Shown here in pieces: positions 44,671 through 53,837 of a stretch of DNA of 64,000 nucleotides. The position numbers were made by a program, and so were the translations under genes. The stretch is taken from assembly GCA_964398915.1 (NCBI GenBank), contig CAYNOR010000006.1, positions 14,068-78,067 of the forward strand, given 5' to 3'. This stretch comes from an uncultured Verrucomicrobiota bacterium. Lineage in GTDB: Bacteria; Verrucomicrobiota; Kiritimatiellia; Kiritimatiellales; Tichowtungiaceae. Each line of letters starts with the position of its first letter. Positions within the stretch are counted from its first letter, which is position 1. The notes beneath the pieces were generated by a model, which saw only the letters and a program-made list of their open reading frames with translations, searched no databases and had not been told where the DNA came from.

Positions 44671-45272
44671 GTCTGGCATCTGTTCTTAACTGGGCGGGTT
44701 ATATTTTTGCAGTCATAGGCCTTCTTGCGACGGTTTACAAATCTGTGACCGCTTGGCTAAGTTTAAAGACATTCAATTGGAAAGAATTCGACCGGATTGC
44801 CAAGCGGGTGATTGCAAAAATAGCTGCGGATAAATTTTATCCGGACGTAATCGTGACGATTGGGCGAGGCGGCGCGATTCTCGGAGCCGTTTTGTCGGGA
44901 AATCTTCCCGATGTGGGGCATCCGCTAAAAACGAAAAAGCGAAACATTCCGATTCTTGGAACGGACAGGCTTTACAAATGGGAAGATGGAAATCGTATCG
45001 AAATTCCGAATGAGATGGTGAGCTTTTTTCCACTTAGAGGGAAGAAAGTGTTAATTGTTGCCGCTGATGTTTTGTCTGGCGGCACAATGGAGTTTTTTGC
45101 AGAGCAAATCAGCGTGATTCAGCCCGCCGTGTTAAGGACGGCATGTCTGGTTAAAGGAATCACTTCAACTTTTGTTCCGAATTATTACGGCAAGGAAATT
45201 CCTGCCGATTTCAAGATGCCGTGGATGTACAAGGGATTTGGATACAGTCGGGATTCTCGGAAACCAAACTAA
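44661..45272 (+). CDS. membrane-anchored type I phosphoribosyltransferase-like protein with a divergent PRPP loop
   Basis: N-terminal TM segment, PDVIVTIGRGGAILG, and VLIVAADVLSGGTM in place of the canonical VLIVDDxxDTGxT. It overlaps the upstream gene by 10 nt. Confidence 0.55.
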   Translation: MYMSLASVLNWAGYIFAVIGLLATVYKSVTAWLSLKTFNWKEFDRIAKRVIAKIAADKFYPDVIVTIGRGGAILGAVLSGNLPDVGHPLKTKKRNIPILGTDRLYKWEDGNRIEIPNEMVSFFPLRGKKVLIVAADVLSGGTMEFFAEQISVIQPAVLRTACLVKGITSTFVPNYYGKEIPADFKMPWMYKGFGYSRDSRKPN

Positions 45273-45315
45273 CAATTTTTCTTAATAGTTGACGGAATTC
45301 CTGTAGTTTCCCCGA

Positions 45316-47079
45316 ATGCTAATAATTATCCAACACAGTGACGGCTGGCTTCGATTTGAGAAGCCGGTCGAAGTGCTGACGGCGCGCGCATCGGATGAAG
45401 TTTTCCAATGTCTGGAAAAAATTGAAGCCAGCGGTTTGTGGGCCGCCGGATTTATTTCCTACGAAGCCGCCGGCGCGTTTGATTCCGTATTGAAAACGCG
45501 CGCGACGGGTAATCTGCCGCTTCTGCAGTTCGGGCTTTTTAAAAATGTGGAAACCCACCCCGGCCTGCGGCCACCCCTCCATGGGAGGGGATTGTATCAA
45601 CTCGGCGAATGGACGCCGTCGGTGACGCGCGGAGAATATTCCGAAGCAATTGCGAAAATCAAAGAGCACATTGCGGCGGGCGACACGTATCAGGTGAATT
45701 ACACCTTCCGGCTGAATGCCGATTTTTCCGGTTCGCCGTTCGACTTTTTTTGCGATTTGGCCGTCGCCCAGCAGGGCAGTTATGCCGCCTTTATAGAAAC
45801 CAATGAGTTCGCTATCTGTTCGGCTTCGCCGGAACTTTTTTTCGAACTCAAAGACGGCGTGATTACATCGCGTCCGATGAAAGGCACCCTGCCGCGCGCG
45901 TTGACGGCGGAGGCGGATCGCGCCGCCGCTGAAGCACTGAAGAATTCGGCGAAAGATCGTGCGGAAAATATTATGATCGTCGATATGATCCGCAACGATA
46001 TCGGGCGCATTGCTGAGGCGGGAAGTGTCGAAACGCTCAGCCGGTTCGATGTCGAAAAATATCCGACTGTCTGGCAGTTGACTTCGACGGTGCGAGGAAA
46101 TGTAGACGCGACGCCCTCGTCGCGTTTCCCATCTGGAATAAAACGCGACGAGGGCGTCGCGTCTACGTTGAGACCTCTGTTTACGGCGTTATTTCCCTGC
46201 GCATCGATTACCGGCGCGCCGAAGGCGAAGACGATGGAGATTATCCAAGGTTTGGAGAAGTCGCCGCGCGGCGTTTATACCGGAGCGATTGGTTTTATTG
46301 CGCCGGACGGTTCAGCTCAGTTCAATGTTGCGATCCGGACAGCCGTGGTGGATCGGAGTGCTGGAGTGGTGGAGTACGGGATTGGCGGGGGGATTGTTTG
46401 GGACTCTGATCCGGATCAGGAATATCAGGAAGCCATGTCCAAAGCGGCGATCCTGACGAAAAAGATGCCGCAGTTTCAGTTGCTGGAAACGATGCTTTGG
46501 GAGGATGGAGAAATCTTTCTGCTGGAGCGCCACCTGAAACGGCTGGCGGAGTCGGCGGAGTATTTTGACGTCAAAATCGATCTGAATGAAATCCGCGACC
46601 ATCTGCGCCATCTGCGGTTTGAATATCCAACACGAATCCGGCTGTTGTTGAGCCGGGACGGGCAATTTAAGGTGGAAGCGGCATCCTGCTGCTGGACTCA
46701 GCGGCAGGATGCCGCTTCCACACTGGCGCTTGCGAAGCGTCCGGTCGATTCCGGGGATGTTTTCCTTTATCACAAGACGACGAACCGCTCGGTTTATGAA
46801 AAAGCGAAGGCGGACTTTCCGGAGGCCGACGACGTATTGCTGTTTAATGAGCGCGGCGAGGTGACGGAGAGCTGTATGGCCAACATCGTGGTCGAGCTGG
46901 ACGGGCGCAAGGTGACGCCGCCGGTCTCCTGCGGGCTGCTTGCGGGAACGTTCCGCGACGAACTGCTCGCAAAGGGCGAGATTGAGGAGCGGGCCATTAC
47001 ACTGGATGATTTAATGCGTGCCGACTCCGTCTGGTTGATCAATTCGGTGCGGCGATGGCAAGTCGCCAGCCTGCTCTAA
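45316..47079 (+). CDS. pabB: aminodeoxychorismate synthase component I fused to an aminotransferase class IV (ADC lyase-like) domain
   Basis: FPCASITGAPK, RGVYTGAIGF and GGGIVWDSDP, followed by a class IV-like C-terminal half (FLYHKTTNR). Confidence 0.85.
   Translation: MLIIIQHSDGWLRFEKPVEVLTARASDEVFQCLEKIEASGLWAAGFISYEAAGAFDSVLKTRATGNLPLLQFGLFKNVETHPGLRPPLHGRGLYQLGEWTPSVTRGEYSEAIAKIKEHIAAGDTYQVNYTFRLNADFSGSPFDFFCDLAVAQQGSYAAFIETNEFAICSASPELFFELKDGVITSRPMKGTLPRALTAEADRAAAEALKNSAKDRAENIMIVDMIRNDIGRIAEAGSVETLSRFDVEKYPTVWQLTSTVRGNVDATPSSRFPSGIKRDEGVASTLRPLFTALFPCASITGAPKAKTMEIIQGLEKSPRGVYTGAIGFIAPDGSAQFNVAIRTAVVDRSAGVVEYGIGGGIVWDSDPDQEYQEAMSKAAILTKKMPQFQLLETMLWEDGEIFLLERHLKRLAESAEYFDVKIDLNEIRDHLRHLRFEYPTRIRLLLSRDGQFKVEAASCCWTQRQDAASTLALAKRPVDSGDVFLYHKTTNRSVYEKAKADFPEADDVLLFNERGEVTESCMANIVVELDGRKVTPPVSCGLLAGTFRDELLAKGEIEERAITLDDLMRADSVWLINSVRRWQVASLL
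46102..46166. repeat. REPIN-like inverted REP doublet inserted in-frame in pabB
   Basis: GTAGACGCGACGCCCTCGTCGCGTT-spacer-AACGCGACGAGGGCGTCGCGTCTAC, translated as VDATPSSRFPSGIKRDEGVAST. Confidence 0.8.
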
Positions 47080-47178
47080 CCGGTTGTTCCATCAGGATGG
47101 TCGTTGTTAGCGTTGTTTTGACAGTCGTTCGCGCGGCGTTTAGCATGCTGGCATTTCATGCTAAAGGATTGGAGATTT

Positions 47179-47847
47179 ATGAAGGCATTTCAAATCGGGT
47201 TGATGGTTCTTCTGTTCGCAGGGATCGTTTGCGGCCAGCCGCTGGAGATCACTGCTTATGATCCGGTGAGCGGGGAGGTGAAAATCAAAGACGGGTCGGG
47301 GAGTGCCACCCGGCTGTTCGACACATTCAGTGCGGAAGAACAACAGCAAATTACCGAATGGCTGGCGGATAAGGAGTTTAGAAAATTAAAAATAACGATC
47401 CAAAAAGAAAGCAAGAAGGAATATAAAGAAGAATCTTTCTTCACGTCCGGCAGTATTAAGAAGGTGTCATATAGTATAACGGTGAAAAATCCTGCACAGA
47501 TCGAATTCAAGGATCTCGAGCTGGTCTGCCGCATATTTTGTGAAACGAAAGGAGGGAAAGTGGATCGACCATGGGGCGTGGAGGACAAAAAAAAATTCAC
47601 AATTGCACCCGGTGAAACCCAGCGGTTTGAGCAGTCTGTGGGGATTCGTGACCAAAAAACTGAATTTGAATCTTACCGCGACTCCTCATGGAATTCCGCA
47701 GTGGTTTCTCCGGAGGATATAATCATAAAGGATAAGCTTCTGGGTTTGTACTTGTGCATCAGTAAAAAAGGTCGGAATGGGAAGGTCATGAAACTGGAGC
47801 AGGAAGCGGGCCATATCCCCGATGAGAAAAAATGGTCGCAGTATTGA
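47179..47847 (+). CDS. secreted hypothetical protein
   Basis: Signal peptide MKAFQIGLMVLLFAGIVCG, with GGAG 8 nt upstream of the start. Confidence 0.5.
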   Translation: MKAFQIGLMVLLFAGIVCGQPLEITAYDPVSGEVKIKDGSGSATRLFDTFSAEEQQQITEWLADKEFRKLKITIQKESKKEYKEESFFTSGSIKKVSYSITVKNPAQIEFKDLELVCRIFCETKGGKVDRPWGVEDKKKFTIAPGETQRFEQSVGIRDQKTEFESYRDSSWNSAVVSPEDIIIKDKLLGLYLCISKKGRNGKVMKLEQEAGHIPDEKKWSQY

Positions 47848-47880
47848 CCTTTGGTTCAGCCAAAAACAACGACTTCCCGC

Positions 47881-48864
47881 ATGCCGGAAAATGTTTCTGC
47901 TGACCGAAAAAACAGCGGAAAGGCAAGCGCGGAGGGCCTGGTGTTCGCGGAGGGCGGAACTTTTATAATGGGCGGGGGGGATGTATCCGATGACATGCTG
48001 CGGGGTGAAGATGAACTTCCCGCTCATTCCATAACGTTAGATTCGTTTGAGATCGCAAAATATGAAACCACTCATGAAGAAGTGTTCCGGGTTTTAAGCT
48101 GGGCTCTTAAAGGCGGAAAGGTATGGCTGAAAGGGAATACCGGCAAAGGATACGGAGCCATGGTGTATCTGTCTGCCGGGAAAAAGAAACAGCTTCTGCG
48201 CACGTATATAGTCGGGGTTTCGTGTGACGACAATGGACTTGTGTTAAAGCGAGGGTGGGAGAATCACCCCTGCTCTCAAGTCACCTGGTACGGTGCAGCA
48301 GCTTACTGCAATTTCCGTTCCGAGATGGAGGGGCTGGCTCCCTGTTATGACATGGAGAAGGGTTGGGAATGTAATTTTAAGGCAAGCGGGTATCGGCTGC
48401 CGACCGAAGCCGAGTGGGAATATGCCGCGAGAGGCGGGGCGTCCGGAAGGGGAACTATATACAGCGGGTCTGATTCTCTTGAAGATGTCGGGTGGTGTAA
48501 TCAAAAACAGACGACAGTGGATTACCGGACAACGGAGATTAAGATTAGGCAGGATGATGACCGGGAGCAACCCGTTGGAACCAAAGAGCCCAATGAACTG
48601 GGGATCTATGATATGAGCGGCAATGTGTCGGAGTGGTGTAACGATTGGTACGGAGAATACGATGACAAAGCGCAGACAAACCCTGTTGGGGAAAAACGCG
48701 GGAAGAGTCGTGTTGTGCGAGGTGGGAGTTATATTGATTCACCACAGTTTTGCCGAGTTTCGGCCCGGCGGAACGAAGACCCGGACAGGGGCGTTTCAGG
48801 GCTGGGGTTACCTGACGGCGGATTTCGTGTTGTTAAACCGGTTCCTAAAAATTCCGGCGATTAA
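47881..48864 (+). CDS. formylglycine-generating-enzyme (SUMF1/FGE-sulfatase) family protein
   Basis: GYRLPTEAEWEYAARGG, GNVSEWCNDWY and RVVRGGSY. The start is uncertain (TTG at 47851 or ATG at 47881). Confidence 0.8.
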   Translation: MPENVSADRKNSGKASAEGLVFAEGGTFIMGGGDVSDDMLRGEDELPAHSITLDSFEIAKYETTHEEVFRVLSWALKGGKVWLKGNTGKGYGAMVYLSAGKKKQLLRTYIVGVSCDDNGLVLKRGWENHPCSQVTWYGAAAYCNFRSEMEGLAPCYDMEKGWECNFKASGYRLPTEAEWEYAARGGASGRGTIYSGSDSLEDVGWCNQKQTTVDYRTTEIKIRQDDDREQPVGTKEPNELGIYDMSGNVSEWCNDWYGEYDDKAQTNPVGEKRGKSRVVRGGSYIDSPQFCRVSARRNEDPDRGVSGLGLPDGGFRVVKPVPKNSGD

Positions 48865-48890
48865 TTGCAGCCATGAAGGCGGCCCGGGTG

Positions 48891-49074
48891 CAAGGTGACG
48901 CCGCCGGTCTCCTGCGGGTTGCTTGCGGGAACGTTCCGCGACGAACTGCTCGAAAAGGGCGAGATTGAGGAGCGGGCTGTCTCACTTAGTGACCTGAAAC
49001 GGGCAAAAGCTGTCTGGCTGATAAATTCTGTTCGCAAATGGCGGAGGGTTTCTGTTAACTGGACGGCCTTATGA
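48891..49074 (+). pseudogene. remnant of the pabBC 3' end, with its stop overlapping the purQ ATG
   Basis: 85 of 88 nt are identical to 46908-46995, followed by a diverged tail encoding ...AVSLSDLKRAKAVWLINSVRKWRRVSVNWTAL*. Its TGA (49072-49074) overlaps the purQ ATG (49071-49073). Confidence 0.85.
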
Positions 49075-49868
49075 AACCTAAGATTTTAATTATTACGGGC
49101 TATGGAGTGAACTGCGAAGCGGAGTCATCGCGGGCGTGGGAACTGGCGGGCGGGTCACCGGTTAAGGTTCATCTGAATGACCTGCTGGACAGTCCGGTGC
49201 AGATGCGCGATTTCTGCGGGCTGATGTTTATCGGCGGATTCTCCTACGGCGACCACATGACCAGCGGCCATGTTTTCGCTTTGCGGGTGAAGCACCACCT
49301 GCGCGAAGAACTTCAGAAATTCATCGACGACGGAAAAATCATTCTCGGCGTCTGCAACGGGTTTCAGACAATGACCAAGATCGGCCTGCTGCCGGGGCTG
49401 AACGGCGAATATTTTGATCCGAAGGTTTCACTGATGCAGAACGACTGCGGCACCTTCCAGAATTTCTGGGTCAATTTGAAGTTCGAGGCTAACTCGCCGT
49501 GTATCTTCACCAAAGGACTCGACACGATGCCGCTGCCGATCCGCCACGGTGAAGGTAAGATTTTTACCACGGACAAAGCCGTCATCGAACAGATCGAAAA
49601 ACTCGGTTGCGCCGCCGCGCGCTATGCGGATGCTGCCGGCAATCCGACCAAAGATTTTCCGGCCAACCCGAACGGCTCGCTGAATGCCATTGCCGGACTG
49701 TGCGATCCGACCGGACGCATCTTCGGCCTGATGCCGCATCCCGAGGCCTATCTTTTTCCGGAAAATCATCCCAACTGGGACATTCAAAAACTGAACGGCA
49801 CGCTTCCCGCGCACGGGCTCGGGCTGAAGTTTTTTGAAAACGGCGTGAAGTATCTCGCCGCCAGCTAG
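49071..49868 (+). CDS. purQ: phosphoribosylformylglycinamidine synthase glutamine amidotransferase subunit
   Basis: GVCNGFQ, HGEG and MPHPE motifs. Confidence 0.9.
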   Translation: MKPKILIITGYGVNCEAESSRAWELAGGSPVKVHLNDLLDSPVQMRDFCGLMFIGGFSYGDHMTSGHVFALRVKHHLREELQKFIDDGKIILGVCNGFQTMTKIGLLPGLNGEYFDPKVSLMQNDCGTFQNFWVNLKFEANSPCIFTKGLDTMPLPIRHGEGKIFTTDKAVIEQIEKLGCAAARYADAAGNPTKDFPANPNGSLNAIAGLCDPTGRIFGLMPHPEAYLFPENHPNWDIQKLNGTLPAHGLGLKFFENGVKYLAAS

Positions 49869-50044
49869 CTGGTCTATAGATTTTTCAAAATACTAAAAAA
49901 TGCAGTTCTTGAGCCGCGAAGCGCTGTGCCGCAACGCAGTTGCTTCCAAAGTTTGGAGAAAAGAGACATTGACGAGGCGGGGCTTTCCACGTAAAACGCC
50001 CGCTTGCTTAGGGGATAGGCCCACTATACTAAAGGAGAAAAACC

Positions 50045-51145
50045 ATGGCAGTTATTGATTTCGGCGGCACAAAAGAAACCGTCGTCACCCGCAAAGAGTT
50101 TTCGCTGGCGAAAGCCCGCAAAGTTCTGAAGAACGAAGTGATCGCGGTTATCGGCTACGGCGTACAGGGCCCGGCCCAGGCGCTTAACCTGCGCGACAAC
50201 GGCTTCAACGTCATCATCGGTCAGTCCAAACAGTTCATGCAGGACTGGAACCGCGCGATCAAAGACGGTTTCGTCCCGGGCAAAACCCTGTTCGAAATCG
50301 AAGAAGCAGTTCAGAAAGGAACTGTCATTCAATACCTCCTTTCCGACGCCGCCCAGAAACTCTGCTGGCCGCAGATCAAGCGCAACCTGAAAGCGGGCGA
50401 CGCCCTCTACTTCAGCCACGGCTTCTCGATCGTTTACAAAGATCTGACCAAAATCATTCCACCGACTAACGTGGACGTTCTTTTGGTTGCTCCGAAAGGT
50501 TCCGGCTTGAATGTTCGCCGCAACTTCCTGACCGGCGCAGGGATCAACTCCAGCTTCGGCGTATTCCAAGACGCCACCGGCCGCGCCGAAGAGCGTTGCA
50601 TGGCACTCGGTATCGGTATTGGTTCAGGCTACCTGTTCCCGACCAGCTTTGAAAAAGAAGTAACGTCCGACCTCGTCGGCGAGCGCGGCGTCCTGATGGG
50701 CTGTCTCGCTGGTGTTATGGAAGCGCAGTATGAAGTGCTCCGCAAGAACGGTCATAGCCCGTCCGAAGCGTTTAACGAAACGGTTGAAGAGCTCACTCAG
50801 AGCCTGATCCGCCTCGTTGACGAAAACGGCATGGACTGGATGTTCTCGAACTGTTCCGCCACCGCACAGCGCGGCGCGCTGGACTGGGCGCCGAAGTTCA
50901 AAAAAGCCACGTTGCCGGTATTCAATGACCTCTACAAAGCGGTCAAAACGAAATCCGAAGCCAAGCGCGTTCTGAAAGTCTGCGGTGCCAAGGACTACAA
51001 AGTCCGCCTGACCGCAGAACTGAAAGCCATCCACGACTCTGAAATGTGGCAGGCTGGCGCAGCTTCCCGTTCGCTCCGTCCGAAAGGCGAAGCCAAAGTG
51101 ATCGCCAAAGGCACCAAAGGGGTCGGCGGTCGCGCCACCAACTAA
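50045..51145 (+). CDS. ilvC: ketol-acid reductoisomerase
   Basis: VIGYGVQGPAQALNLRDNGFNVIIG Rossmann motif. AAAGGAG lies upstream of the start. Confidence 0.85.
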   Translation: MAVIDFGGTKETVVTRKEFSLAKARKVLKNEVIAVIGYGVQGPAQALNLRDNGFNVIIGQSKQFMQDWNRAIKDGFVPGKTLFEIEEAVQKGTVIQYLLSDAAQKLCWPQIKRNLKAGDALYFSHGFSIVYKDLTKIIPPTNVDVLLVAPKGSGLNVRRNFLTGAGINSSFGVFQDATGRAEERCMALGIGIGSGYLFPTSFEKEVTSDLVGERGVLMGCLAGVMEAQYEVLRKNGHSPSEAFNETVEELTQSLIRLVDENGMDWMFSNCSATAQRGALDWAPKFKKATLPVFNDLYKAVKTKSEAKRVLKVCGAKDYKVRLTAELKAIHDSEMWQAGAASRSLRPKGEAKVIAKGTKGVGGRATN

Positions 51146-51168
51146 AGTCTGAATCCATCAGACGACGA

Positions 51169-51199
51169 AACGGGCTCCCGCAAAGGAGCCCGTTTTTTA
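51169..51199 (+). terminator. rho-independent terminator after ilvC
   Basis: ACGGGCTCC-cgcaaa-GGAGCCCGT followed by TTTTTT. Confidence 0.75.
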
Positions 51200-51290
51200 T
51201 GAGGCGTGCAGGGCCGTTCCTAAGTTGACTCCGGCCCTTTTTTCCTTATATTCGGGGCTCATTTTTTAACCTTTGGAAAGGAATGTTGCT

Positions 51291-52547
51291 ATGAAGAAAA
51301 TGACGATTCGTGATGTGGATGTGAAAGGTCACCGGATTTTGATGCGTGTGGATTTCAATGTGCCGGTTAAAGAAGGTAAAGTGGGCGATGTAACCCGTAT
51401 TACTGCCGCTATTCCGACGATCAAGTATGTGCTCGAAAAGGGCGGTTCGCTCGTGCTGATGAGCCATCTCGGACGTCCGAAAGGTAAAGGTTACGAAGCG
51501 GAATTCAGTCTTAAGCCGGTTGCCGCCAAGCTGGAAGAGCTGCTGGGCAAGCCGGTTCAATTCGGAACCGATTGTGTTGGTGCTGAAACCATAGCTCAGG
51601 CCAAGGCACTCAAGGCCGGCGAAATCATGGTGGTCGAGAACACCCGTTTCTATAAGGAAGAAGAAGGCAAAGCCAAGCTGGCTGACGATGCTACCGACGA
51701 GCAGAAGAAAGCCGCCAAGGCTGAAATGAAGGCCAAGCAGAAAGAACTCGCCAAGAAGCTGGCCGAACTCGGCGATGGCGAAATCTTCTGCAACGACGCC
51801 TTCGGTTCCGCTCACCGCGCCCATGCTTCCACCGCGATTGTCTGTCAGTTTTACAAAAAGAACGTCGCCGGCTTCCTGATGGAGAAGGAAATTGATTACC
51901 TCGGCAAGGCGCTCGAAGCTCCGGAAAAACCGTTTGTCGCCATTATCGGCGGCGCGAAAATTTCCGGCAAGATCGACGTGGTTACCAGTCTGATGGATAA
52001 GTGCGACGCCATTCTGATCGGCGGCGGCATGGCGTATACCTTCTACAAGGCGCAGGGCTTTAAGGTTGGCAATTCGCTGGTTGAAGATGATCGCGTTGAA
52101 ATGGCGAAAGACATTCTGGCCAAGGCCAAAGCCAAAGGCGTCAAACTGATGCTTCCTGTCGATAATATTGCCGCTGACAAATTTGATATTGCGGCGAACA
52201 CCAAAGTGGTTGGCGAAAACATCGAAGACGGCTGGATGGCTCTTGATGTCGGCCCGAAAACAATAGCCCTTTACTGTGCGGAAGTCGCCAAAGCCAAAAC
52301 GGTGGTCTGGAACGGCCCGATGGGATGCTTCGAAATGGCTCCGTTTGCCAAAGGCACTTTCGCGGTCTGTCAGGCGGTAGCCGATTCCGACAGCGTCAGC
52401 ATTATCGGCGGCGGCGACAGCGTGAGCGCAGTCAACAAGAGCGGTCTGGCCGACAAGATGACCCACATCAGCACCGGCGGCGGAGCCAGCCTTGAGTTTC
52501 TCGAAGGCAAGCAACTTCCCGGCGTTACCGCGCTGACAGATAAGTAA
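51291..52547 (+). CDS. pgk: phosphoglycerate kinase
   Basis: MSHLGRPKG and [15 protein letters not shown]. Confidence 0.9.
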   Translation: MKKMTIRDVDVKGHRILMRVDFNVPVKEGKVGDVTRITAAIPTIKYVLEKGGSLVLMSHLGRPKGKGYEAEFSLKPVAAKLEELLGKPVQFGTDCVGAETIAQAKALKAGEIMVVENTRFYKEEEGKAKLADDATDEQKKAAKAEMKAKQKELAKKLAELGDGEIFCNDAFGSAHRAHASTAIVCQFYKKNVAGFLMEKEIDYLGKALEAPEKPFVAIIGGAKISGKIDVVTSLMDKCDAILIGGGMAYTFYKAQGFKVGNSLVEDDRVEMAKDILAKAKAKGVKLMLPVDNIAADKFDIAANTKVVGENIEDGWMALDVGPKTIALYCAEVAKAKTVVWNGPMGCFEMAPFAKGTFAVCQAVADSDSVSIIGGGDSVSAVNKSGLADKMTHISTGGGASLEFLEGKQLPGVTALTDK

Positions 52548-52572
52548 CTTTAAAATCAGACTGGAAAATCTT

Positions 52573-53328
52573 ATGAGAAAAAAAATTATTGCGGGCAACT
52601 GGAAGATGAATAAGACCGTTGCCGATGCGGTGACGCTGGCCAAGGGTATTCACGCTGAACTGGCTGGATGTACAGAAGTTGAAGTAGTGGTCTGTCCGCC
52701 GTTCACGGCGCTTAAATCCGTCAGCGACGTGCTGACTGACAGCCAGATCAAGCTGGGCTGTCAGAATATGAGCTCGGAAGACGACGGAGCGTACACCGGC
52801 GAAATTTCCCACGCCATGCTCAAAGAGCTTTTCGTCAAGTATGTCATTCTCGGCCACAGCGAGCGCCGTGATTATTACAAAGAAACCGACTTCTGGGTGA
52901 ACAAGAAGGTCAAAAAAGCGCTCGAAAAAAATATGCGTCCGATCGTTTGTGTCGGAGAAAAGCTGGCTGACCGCGAAGCCGGGAACACCGAGAAAGTTGT
53001 TGAGGCGCAGGTTCGCGGCAGTCTGGCCGATATTACCGCTGAACAGTTTGAGAATGTTGTGGTGGCGTATGAGCCGGTCTGGGCGATCGGCACCGGTAAA
53101 ACGGCAACCAGCGAACAGGCACAGCAGGTGCATGCCTTTATCCGTGGCATCATCCGCGACATGGTTGGCGAAAAGGCGGCCAAAGGTCTGCGTATTCAGT
53201 ACGGCGGAAGCATGAAGGCTTCGAATGCCAAGGAACTGCTTTCGCAGCCGGACATTGACGGCGGTTTGATCGGCGGCGCGGCGCTTGAGGCTCGTTCCTT
53301 CATCGATATCGTCAAAGCAGGAATGTAA
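52573..53328 (+). CDS. tpiA: triosephosphate isomerase
   Basis: AGNWKMN, LGHSERR and YEPVWAIGTGKTAT. Confidence 0.9.
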   Translation: MRKKIIAGNWKMNKTVADAVTLAKGIHAELAGCTEVEVVVCPPFTALKSVSDVLTDSQIKLGCQNMSSEDDGAYTGEISHAMLKELFVKYVILGHSERRDYYKETDFWVNKKVKKALEKNMRPIVCVGEKLADREAGNTEKVVEAQVRGSLADITAEQFENVVVAYEPVWAIGTGKTATSEQAQQVHAFIRGIIRDMVGEKAAKGLRIQYGGSMKASNAKELLSQPDIDGGLIGGAALEARSFIDIVKAGM

Positions 53329-53438
53329 GAGAAGAAGGTATTGGTCTTTAGGTTGTGGACTTTGGGGACATGAATTTGTGTTGGCAGAGTTCTTCCTAAA
53401 GCCTAAAGTCCAAAGCCTAATGTCTTAGGAGAAAATTT

Positions 53439-53783
53439 ATGGCTGTTATTCGTACATTGCTCATTATTCTGGAAGCCGCGTGCAGTTTGGCGCTGATCGG
53501 TTTGATTCTGCTGCAAAAATCTAAAAACGAAGGCCTCGGCCTGGCGTTCGGTTCCGGCGGCGGCGATTCACTTTTCGGCGCGCGGGCCGGTAACGTGCTG
53601 ACTAAAGCGACGGTTGTGATCGGTGGTGTCTTTTTATTGAACACGCTGATTCTCGGTATGCTTTTTGCCGGCAGTGCCAGCGAGTCGCTTATGGATAATG
53701 CCAAGGTTGAACAACCCGTTCCGATGGAACAGACTGCAATGCCTCAGGCTCCGGTGCAAATGCCGGTCAGTCCTGCGGAGTAA
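53439..53783 (+). CDS. secG: preprotein translocase subunit SecG
   Basis: LILLQKSKNEGLGLAFGSGGGDSLFGARAG, in the conserved pgk-tpiA-secG order. Confidence 0.85.
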   Translation: MAVIRTLLIILEAACSLALIGLILLQKSKNEGLGLAFGSGGGDSLFGARAGNVLTKATVVIGGVFLLNTLILGMLFAGSASESLMDNAKVEQPVPMEQTAMPQAPVQMPVSPAE

Positions 53784-53837
53784 CGGAGGCTTTCCTCCCA
53801 TATCGAACAAGGAACTCCGAATAATGAAGTAAGAGTT

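Larger units (their letters stand above)
47080..48890. other. inserted two-gene cassette between the pabBC stop and a remnant pabBC 3' end
   Basis: See the remnant at 48891-49074. Confidence 0.6.

Noticed and set aside
46102-46166. Intein or self-splicing intron as an explanation for the in-frame inserts in pabB and the AddB-like gene.
   Set aside because: The inserts are only 65-74 bp, perfectly palindromic and repeated elsewhere. They are far too small for an intein or a group I/II intron and lack their conserved motifs.
49969-49997. A sigma70-like promoter upstream of ilvC (TTGACG, 17 nt, TAAAAC).
   Set aside because: The -10 element is weak, promoter consensus in this lineage is unknown, and I cannot distinguish it from chance without transcription start data.
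51246-52643. A 465-aa minus-strand ORF covering pgk. Similar long antisense ORFs occur at 1210-2010, 27450-28301, 31323-32615, 38374-38925, 50024-50569, 52525-53133, 54726-55571, 58305-58850 and 62706-63503.
   Set aside because: They lie opposite strongly supported genes with clear catalytic motifs. Their translations are Arg/Gly/Ala-rich with no recognisable motifs. This is typical of shadow ORFs in GC-rich coding DNA.
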